From Candidatus Absconditabacterales bacterium (GTDB lineage Bacteria; Patescibacteriota; Gracilibacteria; Absconditabacterales; Absconditicoccaceae), in contig CALGNI010000038.1 of NCBI GenBank assembly GCA_937958645.1, positions 3,647-67,646 on the forward strand: a stretch of DNA of 64,000 bases, in the 5' to 3' direction. The translations under genes were made by a program, and so were the position numbers. Within the stretch, counting starts at the first letter, position 1, and each line of letters opens with the position of its first letter. This document shows, piece by piece, positions 22,183-32,290 of this stretch. The notes beneath the pieces are model-generated. The model made no database searches. It worked only from the letters and a program-made list of their open reading frames with translations, and was not told where the DNA came from.

Positions 22183-22863
22183 ATGGCTAAGAAAGGAAAG
22201 AAGTTTGTTGAAGCTAAAGCAAAGGTAGAAGTGGAAAAGAAATATCCACTTGCTGAAGCTGTAGCATTGGTAAAAGAAGTATCTACAAGTAAGTTCGTAG
22301 GAACACTAGAGCTTCATGTTTGTACTAATGCAAACCCAAAGTATAATGACCAAATCTTGAGAGGGACTGTAGTTCTTCCTCATGGAACAGGGAAAAAAGT
22401 AACAGTTGCTGCATTTGTTGGTGACGAAAACAGAGACGAAGCTACTAAGGCTGGAGCTGATATCGTAGGAAACAAGGAGTTGATCGCTGCTATTGATAAA
22501 GGAGATATCAACTTCGATATCTTGGTAACAACAGCTGATCAAATGAGAGATCTTGCTAAAGTTGCGAGACAGCTTGGACCAAAGGGTCTTATGCCTAGTC
22601 CAAAAGCTGGTACAGTAACAGCAAATCTTGCTAAGACGATTGATGAATTGAAAAAGGGGAGAGTAGAATACAAGCTAGATAAAACAGGAAATGCTCATCT
22701 TGCAGTGGGGAAACTCGACTTCGATGATGCTAAACTTATGGAAAATGTAAGATCAATTCTAGACTCTATGGAAGAAAATAAACCAGTAGGAGTAAAAGGA
22801 AATCTTATCAAAAAGATTGTCCTCGCACCTACTATGGGTCCTGGAGTACAAATTGAAGGATAA
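22183..22863 (+). CDS. rplA: 50S ribosomal protein L1
   Basis: Intact track ORF. 'LPHGTGK', '[15 protein letters not shown]'. No TGA codons. Confidence 0.95.
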   Translation: MAKKGKKFVEAKAKVEVEKKYPLAEAVALVKEVSTSKFVGTLELHVCTNANPKYNDQILRGTVVLPHGTGKKVTVAAFVGDENRDEATKAGADIVGNKELIAAIDKGDINFDILVTTADQMRDLAKVARQLGPKGLMPSPKAGTVTANLAKTIDELKKGRVEYKLDKTGNAHLAVGKLDFDDAKLMENVRSILDSMEENKPVGVKGNLIKKIVLAPTMGPGVQIEG

Positions 22864-22890
22864 AAGAGAATTTAAGAAAAAATAAAGAAA

Positions 22891-22917
22891 AATCGGTCGT
22901 GAGATCGATTTTTTTTC
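22891..22917 (+). terminator. rho-independent terminator after rplA
   Basis: aatcggtc/gatcgatt hairpin followed by T8. Confidence 0.7.
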
Positions 22918-22974
22918 ATGTTTTTTTCACACGTATCAATCTGTTTTTTGAGGGAGTATCCTTAGAATAATTTT

Positions 22975-23613
22975 ATGAAAAATAGAAAATCGCCTCGCAA
23001 GAAATGATATGATTATACGTCCTCAGGAGCGTATTTTGTTACGATTAACACAAAAAATCGTAAACCCTTTTTTTGACGGATCATTAAGTCAGATGATCCC
23101 AAAAAAGAACAATATATGAGACTAAATTCATTATGAAAATGCTGTAAACAAAAAATTGAACAAATAAATACCAGAAAAAATGTTACCATAAATGAATGGG
23201 TAATCATGCCGGATCATATCCATATGATTGTGATATTGGCGGAATGGGATATAAATCGAAATGACAAAAAATCCACCATCATAAATAATAATCCTATGAA
23301 CCTATCGTTAAACAATAATCCTATGAACCTATCGTTAATAGGTCCTGGGCGTGATAATCAAAATCAAACGGAATTTTCGAATCAAACGCAGGACGGTTTA
23401 ACGAACCGTCCCTACGATTGACCAACGTTATGAAATATTATAAAATTATTCAAATGAAACGTATCTAAATACGCTAAACAAAATAATATATCATTTGCAC
23501 GACAATCACGTTATCACGATCATATCATCAGGAATCATAATGAATATCGTCGTATTCAATGGTATATCATCAATAATCCTAGACACCGAAAAGGTCTAAT
23601 AAAAACTGACTAA
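22975..23613 (+). CDS. REP-associated tyrosine transposase (RAYT; IS200/Y1_Tnp-like)
   Basis: 'KGYDYTSSGAYFVTINTKNR', 'WVIMPDHIHMIV' (HUH), 'SRYHDHIIRNHNEYRRIQWYIINNP' (catalytic Tyr region). It carries an internal 27-bp tandem duplication (NNNPMNLSL x2) and a REP hairpin at 23391-23416. Confidence 0.75.
23391..23416 (-). repeat. REP hairpin with GTAG head inside the RAYT CDS
   Basis: Minus strand reads cGTAGGGACGGTT-loop-AACCGTCC. Confidence 0.55.
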
Positions 23614-23635
23614 TCAAAACCCCGAAGGGGATATT

Positions 23636-24634
23636 TTATTGCTCAAAATCAATCAAACCTGCACGAGGATTCTGAAGTAAAAACTCACGGGCTTTTGCGA
23701 CGCTTCCTGCGACTCATAGTAAGGTTTTTGCATGATCTGCTTTTATACCAAATTCTTTTACTAACATATCAATACCTCTCTGGTTTAGTTTGTTGTTTGA
23801 TAGTTTCATATAGATCATTTTGTTTCCCAGGGTTCTTTCAAGTTGCACCATAATTGATGTAGAGATTGCATTTAGAACAAGTTTTTGAGCAGTACCAGGA
23901 CTCATTCTTGAGCTTCATTCGATAAAGGCCTCACCAATATTTACCTCTATAGGATAGTCGACGTGCTTTCATAGTGGTGTTCATGGGGAAGTACTAATAC
24001 ATCATGTGAGAATGCCGTTTGCTTTGCAGTCTTTTACTCATCAGATGACATAAGGAGTAGTTCATGAGGCAGCCACTCAAATCACGATGTCTTTGTGTGT
24101 GATAGCATAGTTTTGTAAATCTTTTCGTGCTTGGGTGCTAACGTCTTCTGCATTTTCAACTGAATTTCTCAGAGCTTTATCTCATCAGGCAATGATTCAA
24201 ATCACGGTGTTAGCATCAACACCAAACGTAGGAGGGCATTCTGAGGCATCGAGCACTCCCAGACGTCAACTGGTCCCAGCACCGATAAAAACAAAGATCT
24301 AAAATTGGGCTCACTTCGCCGCAAGCAAACGGAGTATTTGCCCAATTTTTCTTCTCGTTCCTCGAAGACCGATCTTTGTTTTCGTTCGGAAGCCTTCGAA
24401 AGCAACACTATCATGAAGAAGTATGATATCTATTATTGCCTCGCACTAAAGTGACGAGGTAATATTCCGAATATAAAACAGTCTTCACCCAAGTTTCATT
24501 CTTCAACTAATAGCATCAATCAGTTCTCAAGCAGCTTTTGAGCATTTCCTCACTGCAGGAGCAATGAATAAGTCCTTATCATTGATGTGAAGAAAAAGTT
24601 CTTCTCAACTCATCGATGAATGAATTTCAGACAT
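23636..24634 (-). pseudogene. murQ: N-acetylmuramic acid 6-phosphate etherase (MurQ), ORF split by a 186-nt element
   Basis: The 5' part (24634-24473) ends '...KLGGRLFY'. The 3' part (24286-23636) starts '[23 protein letters not shown]' and contains 'GSSRMSPGTAQKLVLNAIST'. Removing 24287-24472 restores the SIS motif [14 protein letters not shown] in frame (813 nt). Read-through hits TAG after 8 codons. Confidence 0.8.
24287..24472 (-). mobile_element. structured roughly 180-nt insertion element, copy A (inside murQ)
   Basis: Homologous to 26721-26897(+) and 57313-57485(+). It has a 5' hairpin acctcgtcac/gtgcgagg and nested helices with compensatory changes between copies. Inserted at tAT|ATc with no target duplication. 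Confidence 0.75.
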
Positions 24635-24810
24635 GCTATCCTACAAAATAAATAACCCTATTGTATGGAATTTATAAAAGATGTATACTGTAAGAACACA
24701 TATCTGATAATTGACCACATGACCTGTTTTTTCATGCGATTTTATTTGTTTTTTATCATTGCTTTATTTATAGTCTAAATAGTAACAAGACCTTTAGAAA
24801 TCTCATACTC

Positions 24811-25407
24811 ATGACAGGTATTCCAAATATAGTCTTAGAAGAAATAGAGCAGCTTAAGGCTGAGGGTAATTATGATAAGGCCTTGAAGAGGGTGAATGGA
24901 CTTTTGTCACGCGATCCTACCAATAGAGAAGCCTTGTATCAAGTGGCTGATATTGAATATAGAAGAGGAGAGATTGGAAAAGCTGAGAAGCCGGTAGATT
25001 TTTTGCTTCAGTCGAATAAGGACGATGCGATGAGTTGGTATATCAAAGGAGTATTGGAAATGGAGAAGACCAATCGATGAACAGCCAAGGAAAAGTTTCA
25101 AAAAGCTCTAGATATGCTTGATCAAGACAATCCAGAGATCTTGAGATGTTATGGATTGTGTGAATATTGGTCTGGAAATAGGGAAGAATGAATGAGTTAT
25201 CTCATGGAATCTCACAAAGTAAATGCGCTTGACGCAGAGGTGATTCTAAATATCATAGAAGTAAGTATTTTGGAACAAGAGAAAGAAACTGCATTGGAAT
25301 ATGTGCAGTATTATTATAAAGTGAAAGATAAGCTTCAATGCTTTGATAGAGACATCACGTATTATGAAGAAAAAATTCAACTGTTTGAAGAGTTTCTCAA
25401 AGGATAA
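24811..25407 (+). CDS. TPR repeat protein
   Basis: Track ORFs 24811-25080 and 25192-25407 are in frame through TGA. 'AEGNYDKALKRVNGLLSRDPTNREALYQVADIEYRRG' is TPR-like. Confidence 0.65.
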
Positions 25408-25433
25408 GAAAGGAGGCGAATTTTTGTTAAACG

Positions 25434-26354
25434 ATGTTGATGAAAAATACTACACGACAAATGATCAAATCATCATGGACCCATATGCTTTCTCTGGTAG
25501 GAATCATTAGTTTTTTGTTGTTCTTTCTAAATTTGTTGATTATCTTATCGTACAATACAGGAGTCTTCAATGAAGATGTAAGAGAAAAATTATGAGTGTA
25601 TCTGTACTTGGATGATACAGAAGTCGCTAAAGACCTCATATATTCCGAAGCAATTGATATGAAATCAGAGTTGGAAGCAGCATGAATGACCGTTGATTTT
25701 TACTCGAAAGATGATGCATTTGAAATATTAGAAGAAAGATTACCGAATGTGATCGATAATTTTGAAAGATACGGTATTGATAATCCCTTACCGCCGACCT
25801 TGTATATCCAGTTTTCCAATGAACAAGATTATTCTCGTTTGAAAGACATCGTATTGAGTTATGAAGATGTGATTATAAATTTATCAGACTTAGAATCTTC
25901 CTGATTTACCTTTACTGAACAAGAGCGTAGATCAGCTAATGTGATCAACCTTACAAACTTTCTAAATCAGTTTAGTTATTTCCTTATCGCGATCGTTCTT
26001 GCGATTATTATTGCCTTTCTTCTATTTGGATTGAAAATTACCTTCTATCGCTTTCGAGAACAAATCGAAGTGGAGAAGCTGTTATGAGCAGGATATTTTC
26101 ATATCAAAAAGCCCTTCCTGATCATGTCAGCGATTGTGCTTTTGGTTGCATTTGGCCTTATGGTACTGTATTTCCTTGGGTTCTTTGCTGCATTGGATGG
26201 ATATGTGATGTCAGTATTTAGCGTCTCAGTATATGAATACCTCCTACCGCTCAACTTCATCCAAGAGTTTCTCACCCGAGAAGCATTGATTCTAGTATGT
26301 CTCGGGGTGTTGTTTTCTCGAGGGTTTTTGAGTAGGTTGATTAGGAGGGTGTAG
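25434..26354 (+). CDS. ftsX: cell division protein FtsX-like permease
   Basis: N-terminal TM segment, periplasmic domain 'DAFEILEERLPNVIDNF...PLPPTLYIQF', and three C-terminal TM segments. SD 'aaggagg' at 25410. Track ORFs 25686-25904 and 26124-26354 are in frame. Confidence 0.75.
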
Positions 26355-26356
26355 GT

Positions 26357-26506
26357 AAGTTAATTACTTGCCTATAAGCTAGGACCAAAGGGACGAAGTG
26401 ATCAGTTGCAAGGAATATATGCCGAAGGCAAAGGCAAGCTAGTTTGTATGTCATCCTGAACGTAGGGACATAATTTCTTATGTTCCGTAGTGAAGGATCT
26501 CGAGAG
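26357..26506 (+). repeat. 75-bp element copy plus GTAG-REP / 'gtcatcctgaa...gaaggatctcgag' element
   Basis: 26357-26436 is 'taattacttgcctataagctaggaccaaagggacgaagtgatcagttgcaaggaatatatgccgaaggcaaagg'. 26449-26506 contains GTAGGGACA-loop-TGTTCC. Confidence 0.8.
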
Positions 26507-26531
26507 GTTTTGGTTCTAGAATAGATAAAAT

Positions 26532-26568
26532 AAAAAGATCTACCTAATAATCAGGTAGATCTTTTTTT
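26532..26568. terminator. bidirectional terminator
   Basis: agatctacct/aggtagatct 10-bp stem flanked by A5 and T7. Confidence 0.8.
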
Positions 26569-26962
26569 ACACAGTAAATTCTCTATTTATGATTCAGTCT
26601 TCATAGTCTGGATGCTTTTCATTAGTCTTAAGTGTTTTGTAAGCTTCACGTTGTTTATCTATTCTTGCCTTTGCCGCGTTTTTTGCGCAATCATCTCGAT
26701 ATTCAGAATGTCAGAAAGATATTCGGATCATTACCTCGTCACTTTAATTAGAAGCAATCAAAGAAAACCTACTTCTTCATGATTCATAATGAATTTGTCG
26801 ACATCCGAACGAAACAAAATATCGATTATTGAAGAATGAGATGAAAATTTAGGCGAATACCTCGTCGAGGTGAGTCTAAATTTAGATATTTTGTTTTATT
26901 AGATTTTTGGCAGCTTTGATTTTTAGAATAGAGTCTGGCTTTGTGCGCTTTTGGATTTTCAT
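26567..26962 (-). pseudogene. small ORF (72 aa if repaired) split by element copy C lying antisense
   Basis: 26962-26898 encodes 'MKIQKRTKPDSILKIKAAKNL'. Joining it to 26720-26567 gives an in-frame '...ISFGHSEYRDDCAKNAAKARIDKQREAYKTLKTNEKHPDYEDGIINREFTV', ending exactly at the terminator (219 nt total). Confidence 0.45.
26721..26897 (+). mobile_element. structured roughly 180-nt insertion element, copy C
   Basis: 'attcggatcattacctcgtcac...tacttcttcatgat...ccgaacgaaacaaaatatcg...aaaatttaggcgaatacctcgtcgaggtgagtctaaatttagatattttgtttt'. Inserted at gAT|ATt. Confidence 0.7.
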
Positions 26963-27004
26963 AGGTAATTTATATAAAGATAAAATTCTTCTTCCTTCTT
27001 CCTT

Positions 27005-28201
27005 CTAAACTCTACTTTCTATCACCCCACTCCCTACCAATTCATCACCATCGTACAAAACAACAATCTGTCCTGGTGAGATGGCGCGTTGGGGTGTGGT
27101 GAATGTTACGAGGTAGGATTGATTTGACTCATGCTGGGTTAATCCCTCTCAGTCCCCCTTTGAAAAGGGGTCTTTACGCTTGGGTTTGCCGTCGAACCCC
27201 TCTGTCTTTCACTGCGTTCAAGACATCTCCCCTAAGGGGAGACCATCAGATTGTTTTTCAATTTTTGTAATTTCACACTCTTGGTCTTCTTGTCTGTAAC
27301 GGATCTTGGCGTGGCCTTTCCGGGGAACTGAAGGAGTCTCTCATGAGGTCCACTGAATTTCTGATGCAATGAGTGAATCGTGCATAAGGTCTTTTTCTTG
27401 ATCTTTACTGACAGTGATCGTGTTTGAAGAGGTGTCTTTTGCAATTACATACCAAGGACCTCCACCGAGTCAGAGTCATGTTCTTTGACCAATAGTCACA
27501 AAGTGAGCTCATTCATGCTGTCAGAGGATTTTTCCTTCGGTATCAACTATGTTTCAGGGCTTTTTTGGCAAGGCTTCTTGAAGAAATTCTTTGATGGGCA
27601 CCTTTCCGATGAAACATAGTCATTGGCTGTCTTTGCGATCTGCATTGGGAAGTTTGATTTCTTGAGCGATCTTTCTTACTTCATCTTTGGTGAGTTCTCC
27701 CAGAGGAAATAAAGAGGATGCTAATTGCTCTTGGTTTAGTCCTGAGAGAAAATATGACTGATCTTTGTTGTGATCGATTCATTTTAAGAGTAATTTTTTT
27801 CAATCATGTTCTGAGATTCTTGCATAATGGCCTGTAGCGACGTAATCACAGTTGAGTTTTTTTGCTTCATCCAAAAAAAGTTTGAATTTAACTTCGCTGT
27901 TACATAAGACATCAGGATTTGGGGTAAGGCCTTTTTCATAGCCATCATAGATGTACTGGATGATGGTTTGATGGTATTGTTCACGAAAGTCAAAGATGAT
28001 AAATGTCTTGATTCATAGGTGTTTTGCAACTTTTAGTGCCATATCTCTATCTTGTCTGGTATGACAGTGGGGATTTTCTTCTTCAGCATAGTTTTTCATA
28101 AATCCCGCAATGACCTCATATCATTGGGTTTGCAAAAGATGTGCTGACACCGCAGAGTCAACTCATCAAGATAATCATAAGAGGACGCGTTTTTTTTTCA
28201 T
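27005..28201 (-). CDS. mnmA: tRNA-specific 2-thiouridylase MnmA, with an in-frame GC-rich insert
   Basis: PP-loop 'VLLGLSGGVDSAV' (both G of SGG are TGA, about 28161-28166), '[12 protein letters not shown]', 'ATGHYAR', 'KDQSYFL', 'DSQGLCFIG', 'PQRAISPGQ'. Length 1197 nt. TAG stop. Confidence 0.9.
27130..27250. repeat. GC-rich palindromic element embedded in frame in mnmA
   Basis: 'tccctctcagtccccctttgaaaaggggtc...acatctcccctaaggggagacc', with hairpins tctcccc/ggggaga and cccctttt/aaaagggg. Translated as about '[41 protein letters not shown]'. Confidence 0.7.
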
Positions 28202-28204
28202 AAG

Positions 28205-28390
28205 GTGAATTAGGCAAGTTGGGTAAATTAGACAAGTTAATTACTTGCCTGAGAACTAGGACCGAAGGGACGAAGTGATCAGCTGCAAGGAATATATGCC
28301 GAAGGCAAAGGTAAATTAATTACTTGCCTGAGAACTAGGACCGAAGGGACCAGCTGCAAGGAATATATGCCGAAGGCAAAGGCAAGTAAT
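28205..28390 (+). repeat. octamer array plus two tandem copies of the 75-bp element
   Basis: Copies lie at about 28237-28311 and 28312-28382. The second lacks 'gaagtgat'. Confidence 0.85.
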
Positions 28391-28416
28391 TATTTAACGA
28401 TTATATCATTATTGCT

Positions 28417-29247
28417 TCATAAGTCTAGTCTAGTGACTGCGTTGAAATCGTTGTAGTACTGGGTAAGGTCCAGGAGTTTGGCGAGTTGAGAGTCGATAGA
28501 TTTGTCTAAGTGAAATAAGATGAGTTTATCTTTGTAAGTGAGATGAAGTTTTTGCCCTCCTGCAAAATATTCGATATCTTTGATGTCTTTAGCGTCTATG
28601 ATATCAAAGATGTTGTTGATCACCGTGACTAGCGTGCTGCTGTGAATATGATAAAAAATACCTTCTAGTGATTCGTATCATGTCTCCCTAGATGGGAGTC
28701 TTATTCTTGTTAATCATTCTTGGATACTATCTGAGGCCTGGACTTTGTAAGCCTGATTATCGCTAGCGATCCAGGTGCTACCATCATGCGTGAGTGCCAA
28801 ATCAGCTGAATTAAAGATGATCTGCGCGAGGATCGTGTTTTTTTGTTTGGGCTTTGTGATTTGGATGTCTTGTATGATGGGAAATTGTTCTTTGATGGTG
28901 GATTCAAAGTCTCCTTGTTTGGTATAGGTATAGGTGCTTCGATTCATGCCTGAGAAGTACTGAGTGATTCATTCTTGTATCTCTTGGCTATCGTATATTA
29001 TCAAGCTTTCTTCATCAATAATTACTTGTTGAATAATATTTTCTGGATTGGTAAGAAAACGACTCGTGATCAGTCGTCAAATTCCAGTCAATATCGGCAC
29101 TCAAAAAATAAGTCCCCAATTTGTTGGGGAGATACTCTTCCGGATTCTTTGTTTTTTGCGTTTTCTAATCTTCGTGATTTCTTTCTTCTTGCTTTTTCAT
29201 CAAGATCAGAGTTTTAGCGGTATTTTTAAGTTTTTAGATTTTAGCAT
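28417..29247 (-). CDS. hypothetical membrane-anchored protein
   Basis: Track ORFs 28417-28623 and 28714-28947 are in frame. They extend through TGA to ATG 29247 (831 nt). Basic N-terminus plus TM 'NWGLIFGVPILTGIGRLITSRFL'. Confidence 0.5.
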
Positions 29248-29298
29248 TGGGGAAGACAGGGGTAAACTACGCTTATTTTGTGATAGCTAACTATGTGT

Positions 29299-29736
29299 TT
29301 ATCATATGATCGTGAGGAGCAAAAGCGTAATCAGTACTCATGCAAGGATTCATCAAATAACTTCTCATACCGTATGACCCAATCTTTCTTTGAGTTGCTC
29401 TGGAGTTTCTTGTCCCGGATTTAGTTCATTGAGTCCTTTAGTGATCTGATTCAACGAGCTAGCGTGTTGACCCGCTTGATATCTTATGTTGGCTGCATCA
29501 TACCAAAACAAAAATGAAAAAGTGATGGTAATCGCAAACTCTACCGAATGCAGGCCAGTATAGTATACCACTAAGGTACAAATGCTTGATGAGATACCAC
29601 TATGAACAGAAGGGAATCATCAAGATCACCAGAGTCAGCTCATAGTGAAGGTTTTTTCTACAGTATAGTCAATCAAGACTTTGACCGCTTGGATCAAAGC
29701 TCCTACTACTAGGGGAACTATAAAGAGTAATTTCAT
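29299..29736 (-). CDS. divergent PAP2 / DUF212 family membrane protein
   Basis: 'GGFPSVHSG', 'WYDAANIRYQAGQHA', 'LKERLGHTVGEVIGG'. Track ORF 29365-29571 extended both ways through TGA. Ends ATA TGA TAA. Confidence 0.65.
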
Positions 29737-30082
29737 GAGAATAAGTAAGTCAAAGACTGAATTAGTGAAACTATAGGAATATGGCGCTAGGGATCAATAG
29801 CAATAGGGTATCTGTTGCTTTTTGGTCTGGAAGTCTTGATTTGAATCTTGCTAACCGTATGCTTGAAGTTCTTTAAAAAAAAACAGAGAATTATCTATTA
29901 AGGAGGTGATGATTTACTTCGAAAAGAGATAGAAAGATGGTTTTTTTTATATTTTTTCGAGCAGTGAAGAATTGCCTCCTCGAGGAAATGATAGCAAACA
30001 AGCCAATTCATTTTTTTGAATTTTCTTCGAACTTCTGTATTCTAACTCTTCGCTAAGTTTTTCATCATTTCCTTAAAGCACA

Positions 30083-31246
30083 ATGGTATCTATCATATTG
30101 TTAGTACTTAGTTTGATTATCTTGATTTGAATGGTAGCTTGGTCTCTGTTGAGAGGGTGGCGAATACTGTTTTTTGGTTGTTTGTTGTTATTATTTGGGA
30201 TAGGGGCGATGTTTAGTGTAAGTATTCATGAGTCTTTTGAATACACCCGTAAGTTTCTTGATGCCCCTTCAAATTACTTCTACTTCTTTGAACATATAGA
30301 AAAATTTATTTTGTGAGCGATCGTTTGTCTCATTGCGTATGTTACCCCCTGGGCTTGGGTCAAGAAGAGTAGTTTCTTGCTGTTTGCGGGGAGTTTGATT
30401 TTGATGCTGGCACTGTTTTTTATCTGAGATGATTTCAATAAAGGGGCCAACTTATGGATTAGGATTGCAGGGAATACCATCCAACCAGGGGAGTTCTTTA
30501 AGGTCTGAATGGTGTTCTTCTTAGTTTCACGGCTGTCTAGGAAAAAAAGAGTCTTCGATGAACTTCAATATTATCTTTGATTTGCTATGATTGCGTGACT
30601 TTGTGCATGAATCTACTTCTTCTTGCCTGATTATGGGTCATTACTGATTATCGGTCCCGTTGCTTTGATTCTGTTTCGATTTTATGGAGGTAAACGATAT
30701 TATATTCTCACGACGCTAGTGTTAGGATTTTTTGTGGTTGTATTAGCTTCTGCCAAAAGTACCTATGTAAATGAAAGAATTGGGTATTTCTTAGACCCCA
30801 GTAGTGACCCTAGTTCAAGAGGGATTGGATGGCAAACTACACAGTCATTGGTAGCAGTAGGATGATGATGAATTATTGGGAAAGGGTATGGAAAGGGATT
30901 ACAAAAGTTTTGATATATCCCGGAAGCTCAAAGTGACTTTATCTTTGCTGCGTTTTCGGAAGAAATAGGATTTTTGGGAAATAGTATCTTACTGACTCTG
31001 TACTTCTTGCTTGCCCGAAACGTCCTCAAATGACTCAAGTGACTTCGCGATCCTTTCGATAGAGGAATCGTAGTGTGACTTCTTTCGTTGATTATCATGC
31101 AGATGTTCGTAAATATCGGAGTAAATATCAAATTACTTCCTTTGACCTGAGTGACCTTGCCTTTCATTAGTCATGGATGATCCGCGTTGATGGTGAATAT
31201 GCTCGAGATCGTGTTGTTGCATAAGATTGTTAATAAGATACCGTAA
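30083..31246 (+). CDS. ftsW: FtsW/RodA/SpoVE family peptidoglycan glycosyltransferase
   Basis: 'IQPGEFFKV', 'PDYGS', 'GGGGIIGKGYGKG', 'IPEAQSDFIFAAFSEE', 'GVTLPFISHGGSA'. Track ORFs 30131-30316 and 30623-30865 are in frame. Confidence 0.9.
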
Positions 31247-31510
31247 AGAGAAAGAGATAATAATTCGTCAGTAGGGATGCTTCATTAAAGCATCCCGGAA
31301 TCAAGAATTCTCCATCATTTAGTATATAGGAAATTCTAAATACTGACTGTACAAGCTGCTTATGAACGAGTGATTAAAAAAAATAGTATATATTTGCTGA
31401 ATACATATAAATACTCCAATTACTGACTAAGCAATAAGTTTTGGAGTACTAATTCTATATTAAAAAGATTGAATCAAAAACCCGAAGGATTATTTTATTT
31501 TATTACGCTC

Positions 31511-32290
31511 ATGATCCTAGAACCAAAGACATGATTTGTTGGAAATGCCTTGTGAGATGAGGTATATGATTTGCAAGTAAAGGAGGGAGTTTTCCCAACT
31601 CATTGTGAGGAGGTTTTGGTGATGCATAAGTGAAATATAAAGAGCATGAGGCCTCAAGAAATCTGAGATGGTATGGAGGTGGTAAAGCTAAAAGCTAAAA
31701 GCTGAAAGCTAAAAGATGAAATTGACAAGGTGAATCTTATTTCGGGGATGAGTATCTATCAATGGTTTGATGAGAATACATGAACGCAGGAAACATATGC
31801 TTATGGAATTGATAGATCTAAAATTGATTGGATAAATGATGTTTGCAAGGATTTATGATTATGAGTATCATTGGAAGATGAAAAATTTGTAAAAATCACC
31901 AACTGATCGTTCCAGATTCCTGAGGATTGATTGCTCTCTTTCTTCTTTTGACTAGTGCTGATTTATGGTAAATTTACCATCGTTGATGAGGTCTTGAGAC
32001 ATGCAGTAATTCAACTTCCTTTGGTGGGGAGTATAGCAATGCAGGAAGAAATTCTGTTAAACTTAAAAGAAGTATTATTTGAGCAAGAATTGTATCTAAC
32101 GATTACTTATCTCACACAAAAGTCATGACAACTCTTGCAAGTCAATATTCATGATGAAGAAATCTTAGATATATGGAGTAGTTGGCTATGATGAGAAGCT
32201 CATGAGTATGATACTCTCCGCAATGAGATCAAAAATTTTGCTCAAATCGATGAAATTGATAACTACGTTTTGAAATTCCTTCATAAATAA
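31511..32290 (+). CDS. hypothetical protein
   Basis: 780-nt table-25 ORF with many TGA and a TAA stop. It contains the 'aagctaaaagct' repeat in frame. No family recognised. Confidence 0.4.

Noticed and set aside
24287-24472. Self-splicing group I or II intron in murQ
   Set aside because: No junction preserves the frame while giving an intron-terminal G. No GUGYG/AY ends are present. A homologous copy sits antisense inside another ORF and a third is intergenic. RNA-level removal remains untested.
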